Shown here: positions 31,197 to 41,076 of the stretch, piece by piece | Layout of the letters: every line of letters begins with the position of its first letter | How positions within the stretch are numbered: the stretch's first letter is position 1 | Source: an uncultured delta proteobacterium | Lineage (GTDB): Bacteria; Myxococcota_A; Polyangia; Polyangiales; Polyangiaceae | Direction: 5' to 3' | DNA: 64,000 bases | Assembly: GCA_963841435.1 (NCBI GenBank) | Contig: CAWJCS010000002.1 | Location: 1 to 64,000, forward strand | Made by a program: the position numbers and the translations under genes | The notes under the pieces: generated by a model | What the model was told of the DNA's origin: nothing | Seen by the model: the letters and a program-made list of their open reading frames with translations, nothing else | Databases searched by the model: none

Positions 31197-31831
31197 CACG
31201 CGCGCCGTCGTGCTGGAGCCGGATGATCTCTTGGTCCGGCTCGTCGCCTCGGTGCCCCCGCCGCGCTGGCATTTACTCAGATATTTTGGCGTGCTCTCGA
31301 GCCACTCGCGGCTCCGCCGAGAAGTGGTCCCGCACTCGCCCGCCGATCCGAGCGCCACCGCGCCGCCGCCTGCTCCCGGCAATCAGCTCGAGCTTGCGCT
31401 CGATGCCGAGAGCGACGAGCCCGCTCCGAGAAAAAGATGGGCGTGGCTCTTGAAACACGTCTTCGCGGCAGACTTGGATACGTGCCCCCGCTGCGGCGGA
31501 CCGATGCGCTGGATGGAGGCTGCAGCCACCGCCGAGGCGGCTCGCGACTTGCTCGCCCGGCTCGGGCTCGCTCCGCGCCCGCCGCCGGCTCCGCATCCTC
31601 CTCCGCTCGGGCAGCTCAAGCTGCCACTCTTGCACTGACAGCTCCAGGCTCGGCAGCCTCGAGGCGGACGTGTCCGTCAACTCCTCCGGTCGGAGGTTCG
31701 CCGACGGGCAAACTGCCGGTCCGTCGTTCCGCTTCTGCCTCCTCCCTGCGTTCTCCGGTAGCGCCCCCCTCCGGCACCTCCAACTCAGCTCGCTCCGCCC
31801 AGCTTCTTCGCAGTTCGAATGCCCTTGGCGC
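31197..31831 (+). mobile_element. 5'-truncated copy of the main ISCR-like element with oriIS-like end
   Basis: Near-identical to 23107-23741. End motif at 31811-31831. Confidence 0.92.
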
Positions 31832-31889
31832 CACCGGGAACTCCCCCAACGATTGCACCACGGGAGCGCTTTCGGGGCTCACGTGAACC

Positions 31890-32630
31890 CTATTGGGGCT
31901 GGGGTGCGGGCCGCAGGTGCAGCTCCGCAATCTCGGCCGAAAGCAGGGCGCGGTCGTAGATCGCGACGTCGTCGATCGACCCGGAGAACGGGCGACCTTC
32001 TTCCACCCACCTCCCCATGAAAAGGTCGGAATCGCCGGGAGCGATGGGGCGAGCGAGCGGGCTCGATTGCGCCAGCGTCCCATCCACGTAGAAGGACAGG
32101 ACGTTCAGCGGTGCGTCGACGACGACGGCTGCGTGTGACCAACGGCCGAGCTCGAAGCATTCGCACTCGTAGTGCGCGTAGGCGAAGTCCGGTCCGATCC
32201 AATACGCAAAGGTCCAGTAGATCCCCGATGATCTGCTCCGGGTTTGCCATTGCCAACCGCCCTCCCGTGTGGCCGCCTCGGTGCCGATCACGGAGCCGAA
32301 ATCGTCGTTGGCGACGTCCTCTTCCGCGATGCGGATCCAGCCAGAGAACGTCCAGCTCGAGGTGGCATAGGGAAAGCTCGCCACGGTCACGCTGTCACCG
32401 GGGAGGAAATGCAGCGCCCCCCCGAAGCGGCCGTCGCTCGTGAAGGTCGCCCCCGAAACGACGCCGTCGCGTCGATTCCCCGAGTCGTCCAGAAGAACGG
32501 TGCCGCCCATCTCGTCGAAGGGCCAGTGGGCGACTAGCCCGCTGCCGAGAGTCGTCGGGGCGAGACCGGTCGCGTCGATGTAGGTGGGGCCGCAGCCGAC
32601 CAGCAAGGCGACGAGCGGCAGAGTTTTCAC
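31890..32630 (-). CDS. LamG/concanavalin-like domain lipoprotein
   Basis: LVGC lipobox, LVAHWPFDE...DDSGN and FSGSIDDVAIYDRAL motifs. Confidence 0.85.
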   Translation of the reverse strand: MKTLPLVALLVGCGPTYIDATGLAPTTLGSGLVAHWPFDEMGGTVLLDDSGNRRDGVVSGATFTSDGRFGGALHFLPGDSVTVASFPYATSSWTFSGWIRIAEEDVANDDFGSVIGTEAATREGGWQWQTRSRSSGIYWTFAYWIGPDFAYAHYECECFELGRWSHAAVVVDAPLNVLSFYVDGTLAQSSPLARPIAPGDSDLFMGRWVEEGRPFSGSIDDVAIYDRALLSAEIAELHLRPAPQPQ

Positions 32631-33080
32631 AGCTCCACCCGGAGCGTCAACGCAGCCGACATCAGTGGATTGCTGATCCGAGCGGTCTCCACGCCCAGGA
32701 ATCGGATGACCGGATATGGAGCGATGAGGACGCCGTGCCCCTCGAGCGCGAGCGCGATGGACGAGGTGACCGAAAGCGCCGCTCCCACCCCGGTGTCGGC
32801 CGCAAACACGAGGCGATCGCCGCGGAGCCCCGCGTAAGGAGAGCGAGCCGTGCCGGTGACGCCCACGTGGTACGCACCTGCGCCGAGCGACAGATGCAGG
32901 CTCAACCAGGCGCCGGGCAGGAGCTCGCCGACCAGCTCGAGCAAGCCGAGCTCCTGGCTCACCGTGGCGCTGCCCGACGCCGCATCGACTCGAGGACGCG
33001 TTCCGAAACCGGCGAGCGACAGCCGCCCCACGAGTCGCCGGGCGAGCGTGATGCGCAGGCGGCCGACGGGCATCAGGGCA
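32627..33080 (-). pseudogene. C-terminal fragment of a probable beta-strand-rich outer-membrane protein
   Basis: Alternating amphipathic strands ending LTLRVEL*, translationally coupled to the LamG gene. The 5' part is missing. Confidence 0.45.
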
Positions 33081-33094
33081 CTCGCGACGCCGCC

Positions 33095-33299
33095 GAAACC
33101 CCCGACGGACGTCTACGTCGGCGGCCACGACACGATCGACTGGAACTCCGGCGCCCTCTACCGCATCCCTCGCAACGGCGGACCGCTGGACACCGTCAAC
33201 CAGGGTCACTCCGTGTTCGGCATCGCCGTGGACGTGGCCCGCGTGTACTGGACACGCGGCGGGGCGGGGGAGGTGTGGATGCGCTGCAAGGGGGAGTGA
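33095..33299 (+). pseudogene. Beta-propeller protein C-terminal fragment
   Basis: GALYRIPRNGG...FGIAVDVARVYWT repeat motif. Confidence 0.5.
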
Positions 33300-33528
33300 T
33301 GGCTACGCGGTCAGCGATGCGCGACCCGCTCATGGTCCCCTGGCGGCGGTCGAACGCCTGAGCCCCCGTCGAGCAACCACCCATCCAACGCCACCAAGCA
33401 CGATCGTGGTCCCCGCGCCGCAGAAGAAAAGCCGCAGTGCAACGGGTTAGGGCTCATATGCCCGAGATGTCTAGCTTGGGCGCGGACCCGGGCGACGGCG
33501 TCACGGCGCCGAGCGTTGGGGTCCGTTG

Positions 33529-33552
33529 GGTGGAGGCGCCGGGAATTGCACC
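33529..33552 (-). other. tmRNA (ssrA)-like 3' end fragment (att-like site)
   Basis: The rc GGTGCAATTCCCGGCGCCTCCACC resembles the T-loop and acceptor 3' strand of tmRNA. Its 16-bp core is repeated at 34649-34664. Confidence 0.55.
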
Positions 33553-33835
33553 GTCGCGTATGTCGGCGAATTGCGCCGCGCGGTCCGGAATGGACAGCGG
33601 ACGGAGTGGAGGCGAGGCGCTGGGATGTGGTGGTGTGGATCGCGGCTGAGCTCGAAGCGAGGCGAGTCGGCAAGCCGCGCAAGCAGAGCCTGGCGAGGGA
33701 GTCGAGGTAGCCCTGGCCGAGGAGCGCGGCGGCCTTCGACGCGAACTGGCCTTCGTGAAGCCGCCCAATTTCGGGCGAGCGCCATTGGTCCACCGCAGCT
33801 GACGTGTGATAGAAAGAGCGCTATCCTTGGGGCGG

Positions 33836-34027
33836 ATGCACGCCCTGACCGCCGATGATCTCGAGACGAGCAGGCGAACGCCGCCCGAAGAGAAGCTGGC
33901 GCAGGTGTTCGACATGGCGGATGCGGGGATTCGGCTCAAGCGCGCTGCGCTGCGTCACGCCTCACCCAACTCGACCGAACAGGAGGTCGATGCAGCGCTG
34001 GAGCGGTGGCTGATGGCTGAGGGCTGA
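33836..34027 (+). CDS. Small protein, putative antitoxin or partner of the downstream NTase
   Basis: 63 aa (TPPEEKLAQVFDM...LRHASP...ALERWL). Its stop overlaps the next start. Confidence 0.65.
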   Translation: MHALTADDLETSRRTPPEEKLAQVFDMADAGIRLKRAALRHASPNSTEQEVDAALERWLMAEG

Positions 34028-34617
34028 TGGCTGATGGCACAAAGCTCGAGCGGGCGCTCGCAGCTGCAGCCGATGATATTGCGGCGGAGGGGAAGCGATT
34101 TGCGCTGGTTGGAGGATTGGCCGTCTCGGTCCGAGCAGAGGTGCGTTTCACGCGCGACGTCGACTTAGCCGTGGCGGTCGACAACGACGCGGAGGCAGAA
34201 TCGCTCGTGTACGCGTTGAAATCGCGCGGCTACACCACCGTTGCGAGCGTGGAGCACGAGGCTCAATCACGTCTGGCCACCATCCGATTGCGGTCTCCCC
34301 AGGGCGTGAAGGTCGACCTGCTGTTCGCTAGCAGCGGCATCGAGGCAGAAACGATCGCTCGGGCGACTGTCGTTCCTCTTCCCTCCGTTGGCGCCGTTCC
34401 GATTGCGCGCGCAGAAGAGCTTCTTTCGCTCAAGGTGCTCTCGATGACCGACGAGCGTCTTCAAGACCGAATCGATGCGCGCAGCTTGCTCCGGGTCAAT
34501 GTTGATCTCGACCTGGATTGCGTGCGGGCCAATCTCCGGCTCATCGCGGAGCGGGGCTATGCGCGCAAGCAGGATCTCGCTGCCAAACTGACGACACTGC
34601 TCGAGACCTCGCATTGA
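34027..34617 (+). CDS. AbiEii-like nucleotidyltransferase (putative toxin)
   Basis: ALVGGLAV, RFTRDVDL, KVDLL, LLSLKV and QDRID motifs. Confidence 0.82.
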   Translation: MADGTKLERALAAAADDIAAEGKRFALVGGLAVSVRAEVRFTRDVDLAVAVDNDAEAESLVYALKSRGYTTVASVEHEAQSRLATIRLRSPQGVKVDLLFASSGIEAETIARATVVPLPSVGAVPIARAEELLSLKVLSMTDERLQDRIDARSLLRVNVDLDLDCVRANLRLIAERGYARKQDLAAKLTTLLETSH

Positions 34618-34664
34618 CTGCTGGCGCGCCCCAATCCCCGCAAAGCCCCGCCGGGAATTGCACC

Positions 34665-34790
34665 CTCCACGCCGTGCTCGCTCAGGTCGAGCCCGTCGAG
34701 CTCGTCCTCGCGACCGACGCGCAGCCCGACCGTGGCCTTGAGCAGCGTGAACAACAGGTACACCGCTGCGAACGACCAGAGGAACAAAGG
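34665..34790 (-). pseudogene. amt: Ammonium transporter C-terminal fragment
   Basis: LLKATVGLRVGREDELDGLDLSEHG matches the Amt C-terminal signature. Confidence 0.75.
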
Positions 34791-34826
34791 CCGCCCTGCC
34801 AGATTGCAAACGACGCGACCCTCGCC

Positions 34827-35081
34827 GACGTGCCGTTCCTGCACTTCAATGTCTGCTTCTACAAGGGCATCGAAGAAGCGATCGCCCGCGGGCTCGGCGG
34901 CTTCGAGCCCGGGGCCGGCGGGGAGCACAAGGTGGCGCGCGGCTTCGAGCCGACCGTCACGCACAGCGTGCACTACCTCGGCGACCGCCGCCTCGCGCGC
35001 GCCGTCGCCGAGCACCTCGTCGGCGAGCGCAGCGCCGTGGACGAGCACGTGTCCGAGGCCGAGCCGGTGCTCAAGCGCTGA
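34827..35081 (+). pseudogene. FemAB-like/DUF482 GNAT protein C-terminal fragment
   Basis: FLHFNVCFYKGIEEAI...FEPGAGGEHKVARGFEP. Confidence 0.8.
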
Positions 35082-35493
35082 CAGCGCGCCGGTCCCGGCC
35101 GAAAGGGTCGCCCTGGATCGCCTCGGCGTGCGACGCGCACAGCCAGCGCCCGTTGCGCTTGATCCACGTCGACGAGTCGGCGGCCTCGAGCGTGAGCTTC
35201 TCGCCGTCGACGGTCAGATCCTCGGTGACCTTGTAGGCGACGACCGCGACGTCGTCGGTGAGGAGGCGGACCTCCGCGGCCGGGTCGAGCTCGACGCGGC
35301 GAATGCGGTACTTGGCGCCTTGCATCATGTGCTCGAACGCCGCGCGCTCCACGCGCCGGATACCGCTCGACCCGGCGATGATGCATGGAAACTCGGTGAA
35401 CTTCAGCGCGGCCTCCAGGTCGCGATCTTGCATGGCCTGCCAATACTGACGTTCGAGCTCCAAGATTTCCTTCTCGACACTGACGGGATTCAT
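35071..35493 (-). CDS. NTF2-like (DUF4440) protein
   Basis: ILELERQYWQAM...SSTWIKRNGRWLCASH. A GGAGG RBS precedes the ATG. Confidence 0.8.
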   Translation of the reverse strand: MNPVSVEKEILELERQYWQAMQDRDLEAALKFTEFPCIIAGSSGIRRVERAAFEHMMQGAKYRIRRVELDPAAEVRLLTDDVAVVAYKVTEDLTVDGEKLTLEAADSSTWIKRNGRWLCASHAEAIQGDPFGRDRRAVSA

Positions 35494-35504
35494 GGGGACC
35501 TCCT

Positions 35505-37130
35505 TCATTGGTATGGGTTGTCATCGCCGTGGTCAACTTCGTCGATGCGCTTGAGCCCTTGTTCGGCGAGCCAGCGCTGGTAGCGCTCCTTGCGCGCGCG
35601 AATTTCGTCGGGGGAAAGGGGCGGTTCGTAGACGCCTTCGTGCGAGTGCGCGCGTGCCGGAGCCGTCCGACTCGGTGCCGCCCCCGCGCTGCTCGGCGGC
35701 GCGCTGCTCGGCGTCGACGCGGCGCTCGTCACGCCCGGCGCCGCGCGCGAAGCCTCGCTCGCGTCCGACGCCGCGTTCGGAGCTGCCGGCGCCTCGCTCG
35801 CGGCAGGTGCCGGAGTGGTCGCGGAGGGCGATGGATCGGCCGCTGCAGGTGAGCTAGCCGTGGACGCTGGGGGCGTCGCCGTGGCGGTCGGTGGAGTGGC
35901 CGAAGGCGGTGCCGGCGCGAGGCTCGTTGGCGTGATCACGACCGGTGCCGCCGGTGCACGCGTGGTTTCGGGCGGGCCTATTCGGGCCACGGCGTCCTGC
36001 GCGGCGCGCAGCGCGGGGCGTCCGAACGCGAGAACGGTAAGCACGACCGTTGCGCTCATGCCGAGCCCGGCGAGCACGTGCGCGGCCCGGCGGCGCCGGC
36101 GCGCGGACGGCGGCGCGAACAGCGCGACGGGGGCGATCGAGCCTTCGGCCGAGTTGCGCTCGAAAAAAGCCGTGGGCTCGACGCTGGTGTCCGCCACGTC
36201 CGAAGCCTGCAGGAGGGCGAAACGTTGCAACGCCGCGCCCAGTGCCGCAACGTCCGGGAAGCGGTCGTCGATATTCTTCTCCAAACAGCGTTCGACGATG
36301 CCTTCGAGCTCGGCGGGCAGCTCGGGCCTCAAGCTCTGCAGCGAGGGCGCGGGCGACGTGAGGACTTTGGCGCACACCTCGGCGACGTTCGCGCCGTCGA
36401 ACGGGTGCCGCCCCGTGATGAGCTCGAAGAGCACCACCCCGACGGACCAAATGTCGCTGCGGCCATCGACGGCCGATGCATCGAGCATCTGCTCGGGCGA
36501 CATGTACCAAGGCGACCCGAGGCTCTGGTGACTGTCCGTGAGCGTGTTCGGTGCGTCGGAGACCTGTTTCGAAATGCCGAAATCCAAAATCTTGACCGCG
36601 AAGCGGCCGTCGGCTCGCCGCACCAGAAAGGTATTCGCCGGCTTGATGTCGCGATGCACGATCCCGTTCGCGTGCGCCTCCGCGAGGCCCTCGCAGATCT
36701 GCAACGCAATGTTGACTGCGTCGTCGATGGGCAGCGGTCCGCGCTCCTTCAAGTACGCGCCGAGCTCGACCCCCTCGAGCAGCTCCATCACGAGGAAGGG
36801 CGTGCCCGAGTCGAGCTGTCCCACGTCGTGGACGCGTGCGATGCGTTCGCTTCGGAGCACGGCCGCGCGCCGCGCCTCGTTCAAGAACCGCCGCACGAAC
36901 TCCGCGTCGGCGCTCAGATCGGGGCGGATGAGCTTGATGGCGACGGAGGTGCCGAGCCCGAGGTGCGTGGCGCGACACACGACGCCCATGCCGCCCGAGC
37001 CGAGCGGGGCATCGATGCGGTAGCGTTCACCGATGACCTGCCCGGGCGGAACTGCAACGATGAGGTCTGGGCTCAGCGGTTTCCCACCCGCCGGAGTTCC
37101 GTCGAAACGTTGCGAATCGTCTGGAGCCAT
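35505..37130 (-). CDS. Hanks-type Ser/Thr protein kinase with TM helix and Pro/Ala-rich tail
   Basis: LGSGGMG, VAIK, HRDIKPAN, DFG, MSPE and DIWSVG motifs. Confidence 0.95.
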   Translation of the reverse strand: MAPDDSQRFDGTPAGGKPLSPDLIVAVPPGQVIGERYRIDAPLGSGGMGVVCRATHLGLGTSVAIKLIRPDLSADAEFVRRFLNEARRAAVLRSERIARVHDVGQLDSGTPFLVMELLEGVELGAYLKERGPLPIDDAVNIALQICEGLAEAHANGIVHRDIKPANTFLVRRADGRFAVKILDFGISKQVSDAPNTLTDSHQSLGSPWYMSPEQMLDASAVDGRSDIWSVGVVLFELITGRHPFDGANVAEVCAKVLTSPAPSLQSLRPELPAELEGIVERCLEKNIDDRFPDVAALGAALQRFALLQASDVADTSVEPTAFFERNSAEGSIAPVALFAPPSARRRRRAAHVLAGLGMSATVVLTVLAFGRPALRAAQDAVARIGPPETTRAPAAPVVITPTSLAPAPPSATPPTATATPPASTASSPAAADPSPSATTPAPAASEAPAAPNAASDASEASRAAPGVTSAASTPSSAPPSSAGAAPSRTAPARAHSHEGVYEPPLSPDEIRARKERYQRWLAEQGLKRIDEVDHGDDNPYQ

Positions 37131-37480
37131 GGTCGCGGCAGCTTGTAAAGCACCGGATGTGCCAAGTGTCGTCGCGCCCACGAATCGACGAGCTCGACCC
37201 CGCGCGACCGTGACGCGATCGCCCCAAGTGCGGCAGAGTGCCTCACGCGCGCAAGGGCCGTCTGCGCTGCGCGACGTGGCGTCAGTTGCCCGCGACGATC
37301 GGAGTGAGCGCGGTGCCACGAGAACACCAGCATGCCCGACGCCTCACCGCGCTCGGGGCCCGGCAAAGGCGACGCCTGCGCGAAACTCGAGCCACGGGCC
37401 TTGGGCGGTGGCTGCGAACGGAACGCCGGCGCCGAGCGAAAGCTCGAAGGACGAACGGCTCGCGAAGCCGCGGCCCGAAG

Positions 37481-37568
37481 GAGGGGGAGCGGAAGAGGGC
37501 CGGCTTTTCGGGTCTTGGGGCGGCAAGCGCACGCACGCTCGGCCAAGGCGAAGCCGGATTGGGCCGGC
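37481..37568 (-). mobile_element. Non-coding piece of an ISCR-like 3' region
   Basis: Matches 39449-39527 apart from a short indel. Confidence 0.75.
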
Positions 37569-37759
37569 ACTCGTCGGCCTCCCGCAGGTCTCGAGGGTCC
37601 TCACGAGTCTGTTGGCACCGACCGAATCGCCGGGCGCGGGGTAGCGAGCCGTCAGCGGAGTGCGCACCGGCCGGAGCCGTGCGCTCGGAGCCTCGGCAAA
37701 CGTGTAGCGACGAGAGGCTGCGCGCATCGTTCGGCTCGTTGCGTGGTAGCGTTCGATTC

Positions 37760-38817
37760 GTGCGGGCGCGCGCGTACCTCGTGGCTGCGGCGGTGGCGTG
37801 GCCAGTGAGCGTGGCGTCGGCCGAGACGCCGGGAGCGAGCGAGGGGACGCCGCCCGAGTGCTCGGAGGCCGCGCAGGCGCTCAAAACCTACGTGCTCAGG
37901 CGCGAAACCGAGGCGCGGACGTGGCCGGGGCGTGATCCGGCGCATCTGCTCCGCGCGATCTCACCAGCTTGCCGGCGGGCCGTGACGGAGGGTCAGTGGC
38001 CCGAGCTTGCCAGCACGCTGCTGCCGCTGGCGGAGACGGACGACGCGCTCAAGGGCGCGACGTGCGAGCTTTCCCCCCGGAAGCCTTCGACCGCATCACC
38101 GAGTGGGTCCAGGTGCCGACCGACCACGAGAGCTACGTCTACGACGCGGTCTGTGCGGAGGCGCTGTTTCGTCACCGCCGCAGCGATTTCGATCGCATCG
38201 TGGCCCCCTCACTTTCGGCTACGCAAGGGCCATTCGTGCCGGGCGTGGTGCAGCGCTTGGCAGAGCGATTGCGTCCCGAGGAGCGCGGCGTGCTGCTCCC
38301 CGCTCTGGAGGCTGCGACCCAAGCGAGAGCGGGCGGCCGAGACGACCTCTTCCGGGTGGTTTGTAGCGCCGAGGCGGTTCGTGTCGCCCCACCCTGCCGC
38401 GCTCCCGCTCACCTCAAGGACGAGTGGGTGGACGCCGACCGCGTCCGACAGGTCGCTCCCGCGTTCGCCGTTCACGTCGGCGGCGCGCTCCTCTACGCCG
38501 CCGCGTGCTTTCTCCTCGCGCGCCGGTCACCCACCAGCTGGCCCGCGCTCGGCATGGGCATGGTCGGCGCGATCGGCCTTGCGATCGCGCTGGTCTGGAT
38601 GATCCTGGCCGACCCACTGGACGGGCCCGGAGAGACGAGTGGGATCGGTGTCCTCCAGGCCATCTTGGCGACCCCGGTCGCGGCAGTGGTCGGAGCCGTC
38701 AGTGCGTGGTTGGTCATTGCCCGGGCGAAGGCGCCCGCGCTGCCTCTATGCCTCGGGCTGGCGGCGCTCTACGCGTTCGTCGCAGGAACGTACGCGTGCC
38801 ACTCCTCCGGCTACTGA
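37760..38817 (+). CDS. Hypothetical membrane protein, frameshifted near 38075
   Basis: Signal-like N-terminus in one frame and four hydrophobic helices in the next frame. The shift falls at a C6 run. Confidence 0.5.
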
Positions 38818-38899
38818 TGGGCGGATGCTGCGGGACCACGGGGACCTGGTTCGGTCGCTTCTGCAAGGTGGCATCCGCGGCGTGCTCGTGCGCTTCGCT

Positions 38900-39331
38900 C
38901 GAGAGGTAAGTGGACGACGCCGGAGCGCCGCAAGCCCCAGCATGAGCCACAGCGACGCGCCCGATCTCGGCGCGTGCCCTGGCCGCACGCTGCAGCCAAT
39001 CGTGCCCTCCACGTTCGACGTGGCCGTGTCACTCTCGGGCTCGTTGCCCGGGGTCGCGACGCCCGCGGTTCCCGCCGGCGAGGAGGGCTCACTTGCGCCT
39101 GCACCGCCGGTCTCGCTCACGCTCGCGCCGCCATTGCCCGCGCCGGCTCCCGCATCGCCCGCCGCTGCGCCGCCGCTCCCCGAGGCTCCGATCCCGGCAC
39201 CCCCGCTCGAGGAGCCGCCGGCAGCCGGAGCGCCACCGACACCTGAAGCGCCGGCCGACATGTCGACGGCGCCTCCGGCTCCAGCGCCGAGGCCACCCGC
39301 GGATCCGCCACTGGCCAGGCCGCCCGCGCCG
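38900..39331 (-). pseudogene. C-terminal fragment of a MYXO-CTERM protein
   Basis: Gly-rich linker then GCSVRPG...LWLMLGLAALRRR. Begins immediately at an oriIS-like end. Confidence 0.75.
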
Positions 39332-39670
39332 GCGCCAAGGGCATTCGAACTGGGAAAACGAGGGTGAGGGGCGGGCGGAGGCTTTGGTGGGTGACGCCTG
39401 ACCCCGCCGCGGTGGGGAGGCGAGAGGGGCGAGAAGGCAAAAGAGCAGGAGGGGGAGCGGAAGAGGGCCGGCTTTTCGGGTCTTGGGGCGGCCACGCTCG
39501 GCCAAGGCGAAGCCGGATTGGGCCGGCTCACCGCGGGAACGGCAGCGCGAGCTGCCCGAGCGGCGGTGGGTTGGGTGCCGGCGGCGGACGCGGACCGAGC
39601 CCAAGGCGCGCGAGCAGCTTGCGAGCCGCCTCGGCGGTGGCCGCTGCCTCCATCCAACGCATCGGCCCCG
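39332..39670 (-). mobile_element. Diverged ISCR-like 3' end with oriIS-like terminus
   Basis: GPMRWMEAAAT...GQLALPFPR*. The rc of 39332-39352 is CAGTTCGAATGCCCTTGGCGC. Confidence 0.88.
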
Positions 39671-39674
39671 AACA

Positions 39675-40095
39675 CCGGTATCGCGCTTGGTGTGCGAGGC
39701 GCGGCGTCCGGCCGCGCTTTGGCAAAATCGCCGAACACGGAAGCATCGCGATCATAGAGCGATTCTTCCGCTCGATGAAGCAGGAATGCTTCCGCCGGAT
39801 GAGCGTGCCGCTCAATGCCGGTGCCTTCGAGCAGGAGCTCGCTGCCTACGCGAGCGGGTAAAACCGTTTCCGACCTCACGCGGCGCTGGGTGGGAGGACT
39901 CCCGGTGACGCGCATGATGACATTTCGCCGGCCACGGAGCGGCCGGCGCTCGAGCCGCGTCCTCGCTTTCCGCTCCTGCCGAGAGCTGGGCCCGGAAGAC
40001 TCCGGCGCCGCTTGCGCGGGCGGCTCGAGCTTCGTCTGACTTGCTTCAAAGGGCGCGCGCACTTGCCCATCGTCGAGCTCCGGCGCGCGGCATGA
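39675..40095 (+). pseudogene. rve integrase-core transposase C-terminal fragment
   Basis: RFGKIAEHGSIAIIERFFRSMKQE...*NRFRPHAALGGRTP, with an internal stop. Confidence 0.75.
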
Positions 40096-40219
40096 GCGCG
40101 TGCGCTTCGGGCGCGCCGTGGTCAACGCGCAGGGCGAAGGTGCGTCCAGCAGGCGGATCGGCGCCGTCGATCCGCTCGTGACCGAGCGATCAGCGGGCTG
40201 GACGATGCGAAACGGGGTC

Positions 40220-40313
40220 ATGGATCGGGCGGATTTCTCGATGAAAAGGACGCTGGACACCTACACATGGATCGGGCGGATTTCTCGATGAAAAGGACGC
40301 TGGACACCTACAC
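40220..40313. repeat. Exact 47-bp tandem duplication
   Basis: ATGGATCGGGCGGATTTCTCGATGAAAAGGACGCTGGACACCTACAC occurs twice. Confidence 0.95.
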
Positions 40314-40379
40314 GGGGGCACTGCTCGCGCGGCGATAGACCCGAGCTCCCATACTGTACGGCCGGCGCAAGATGCAGCA

Positions 40380-41054
40380 TCAGTGCGGTTGCCATCGGTG
40401 CTGAAACATCCGCCGCAACTGTCCCGCAAAATCTCGGATCCACGCCACTTCCGACTCTTCGAGTGCCGCAACCGCTCTTTCGTTTTGTTCACTCGCAATG
40501 GTCGCGACGACGAGTCCCACGAAAACGCGACTCTGATCCGGTTCCGCGACAAGCGCTTTGATCGTCGTTTCCGCATCGCGCGAGCCGCTCAGCAGTTCAT
40601 CCATCAAGAGTGCAGCCCACTGCCAGTCGCCGCTTTGGAAGACCTCCCGTGCGCGCAGAAGGCCTTGCGATGCCAGGACGACGGCCGCGTGTTCAGCGAC
40701 AGGAATCGGAGCCGCCTGCAAACTGTGCAGAGCAGCTTTGAGATGGGCGTCGTCATTGGCGGCGCGAAGCAGAACCTCAATGGCGTACGCTGAGGTACCT
40801 CGATCGGGGTCGGCGATGTGGCGCACTGCCTCACCAACGTAAGGGTGAAGGTCGTCGAGCTCACACACAGTCCAGAGAATGTCGCCAGTATACGTCCCAC
40901 CCTCCGCGAGCAGCTCTTTCACTGCAACAGGGGAGCAGCCACCGTCGAGCAACCTGAGGAGTCGCTCATATCCGCCAGTCCTCTGGAACCTCCGCGAATC
41001 GGATTTCAGCTCTTCCAAGAGGTTGCGCACAGGGTCTTCTTGCCAAGTGTTCAT
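40380..41054 (-). CDS. Putative immunity protein (helical, HEAT-like)
   Basis: 224-aa ORF starting about 20 bp after the Rhs tip, with lower GC than its flanks. Confidence 0.6.
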   Translation of the reverse strand: MNTWQEDPVRNLLEELKSDSRRFQRTGGYERLLRLLDGGCSPVAVKELLAEGGTYTGDILWTVCELDDLHPYVGEAVRHIADPDRGTSAYAIEVLLRAANDDAHLKAALHSLQAAPIPVAEHAAVVLASQGLLRAREVFQSGDWQWAALLMDELLSGSRDAETTIKALVAEPDQSRVFVGLVVATIASEQNERAVAALEESEVAWIRDFAGQLRRMFQHRWQPH

Positions 41055-41076
41055 CTACGCTCCGCCAAGTCAACCG

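Noticed and set aside
40220-40313. Possible CRISPR repeat
   Set aside because: Only two adjacent units, no spacer, and no cas genes in the window.
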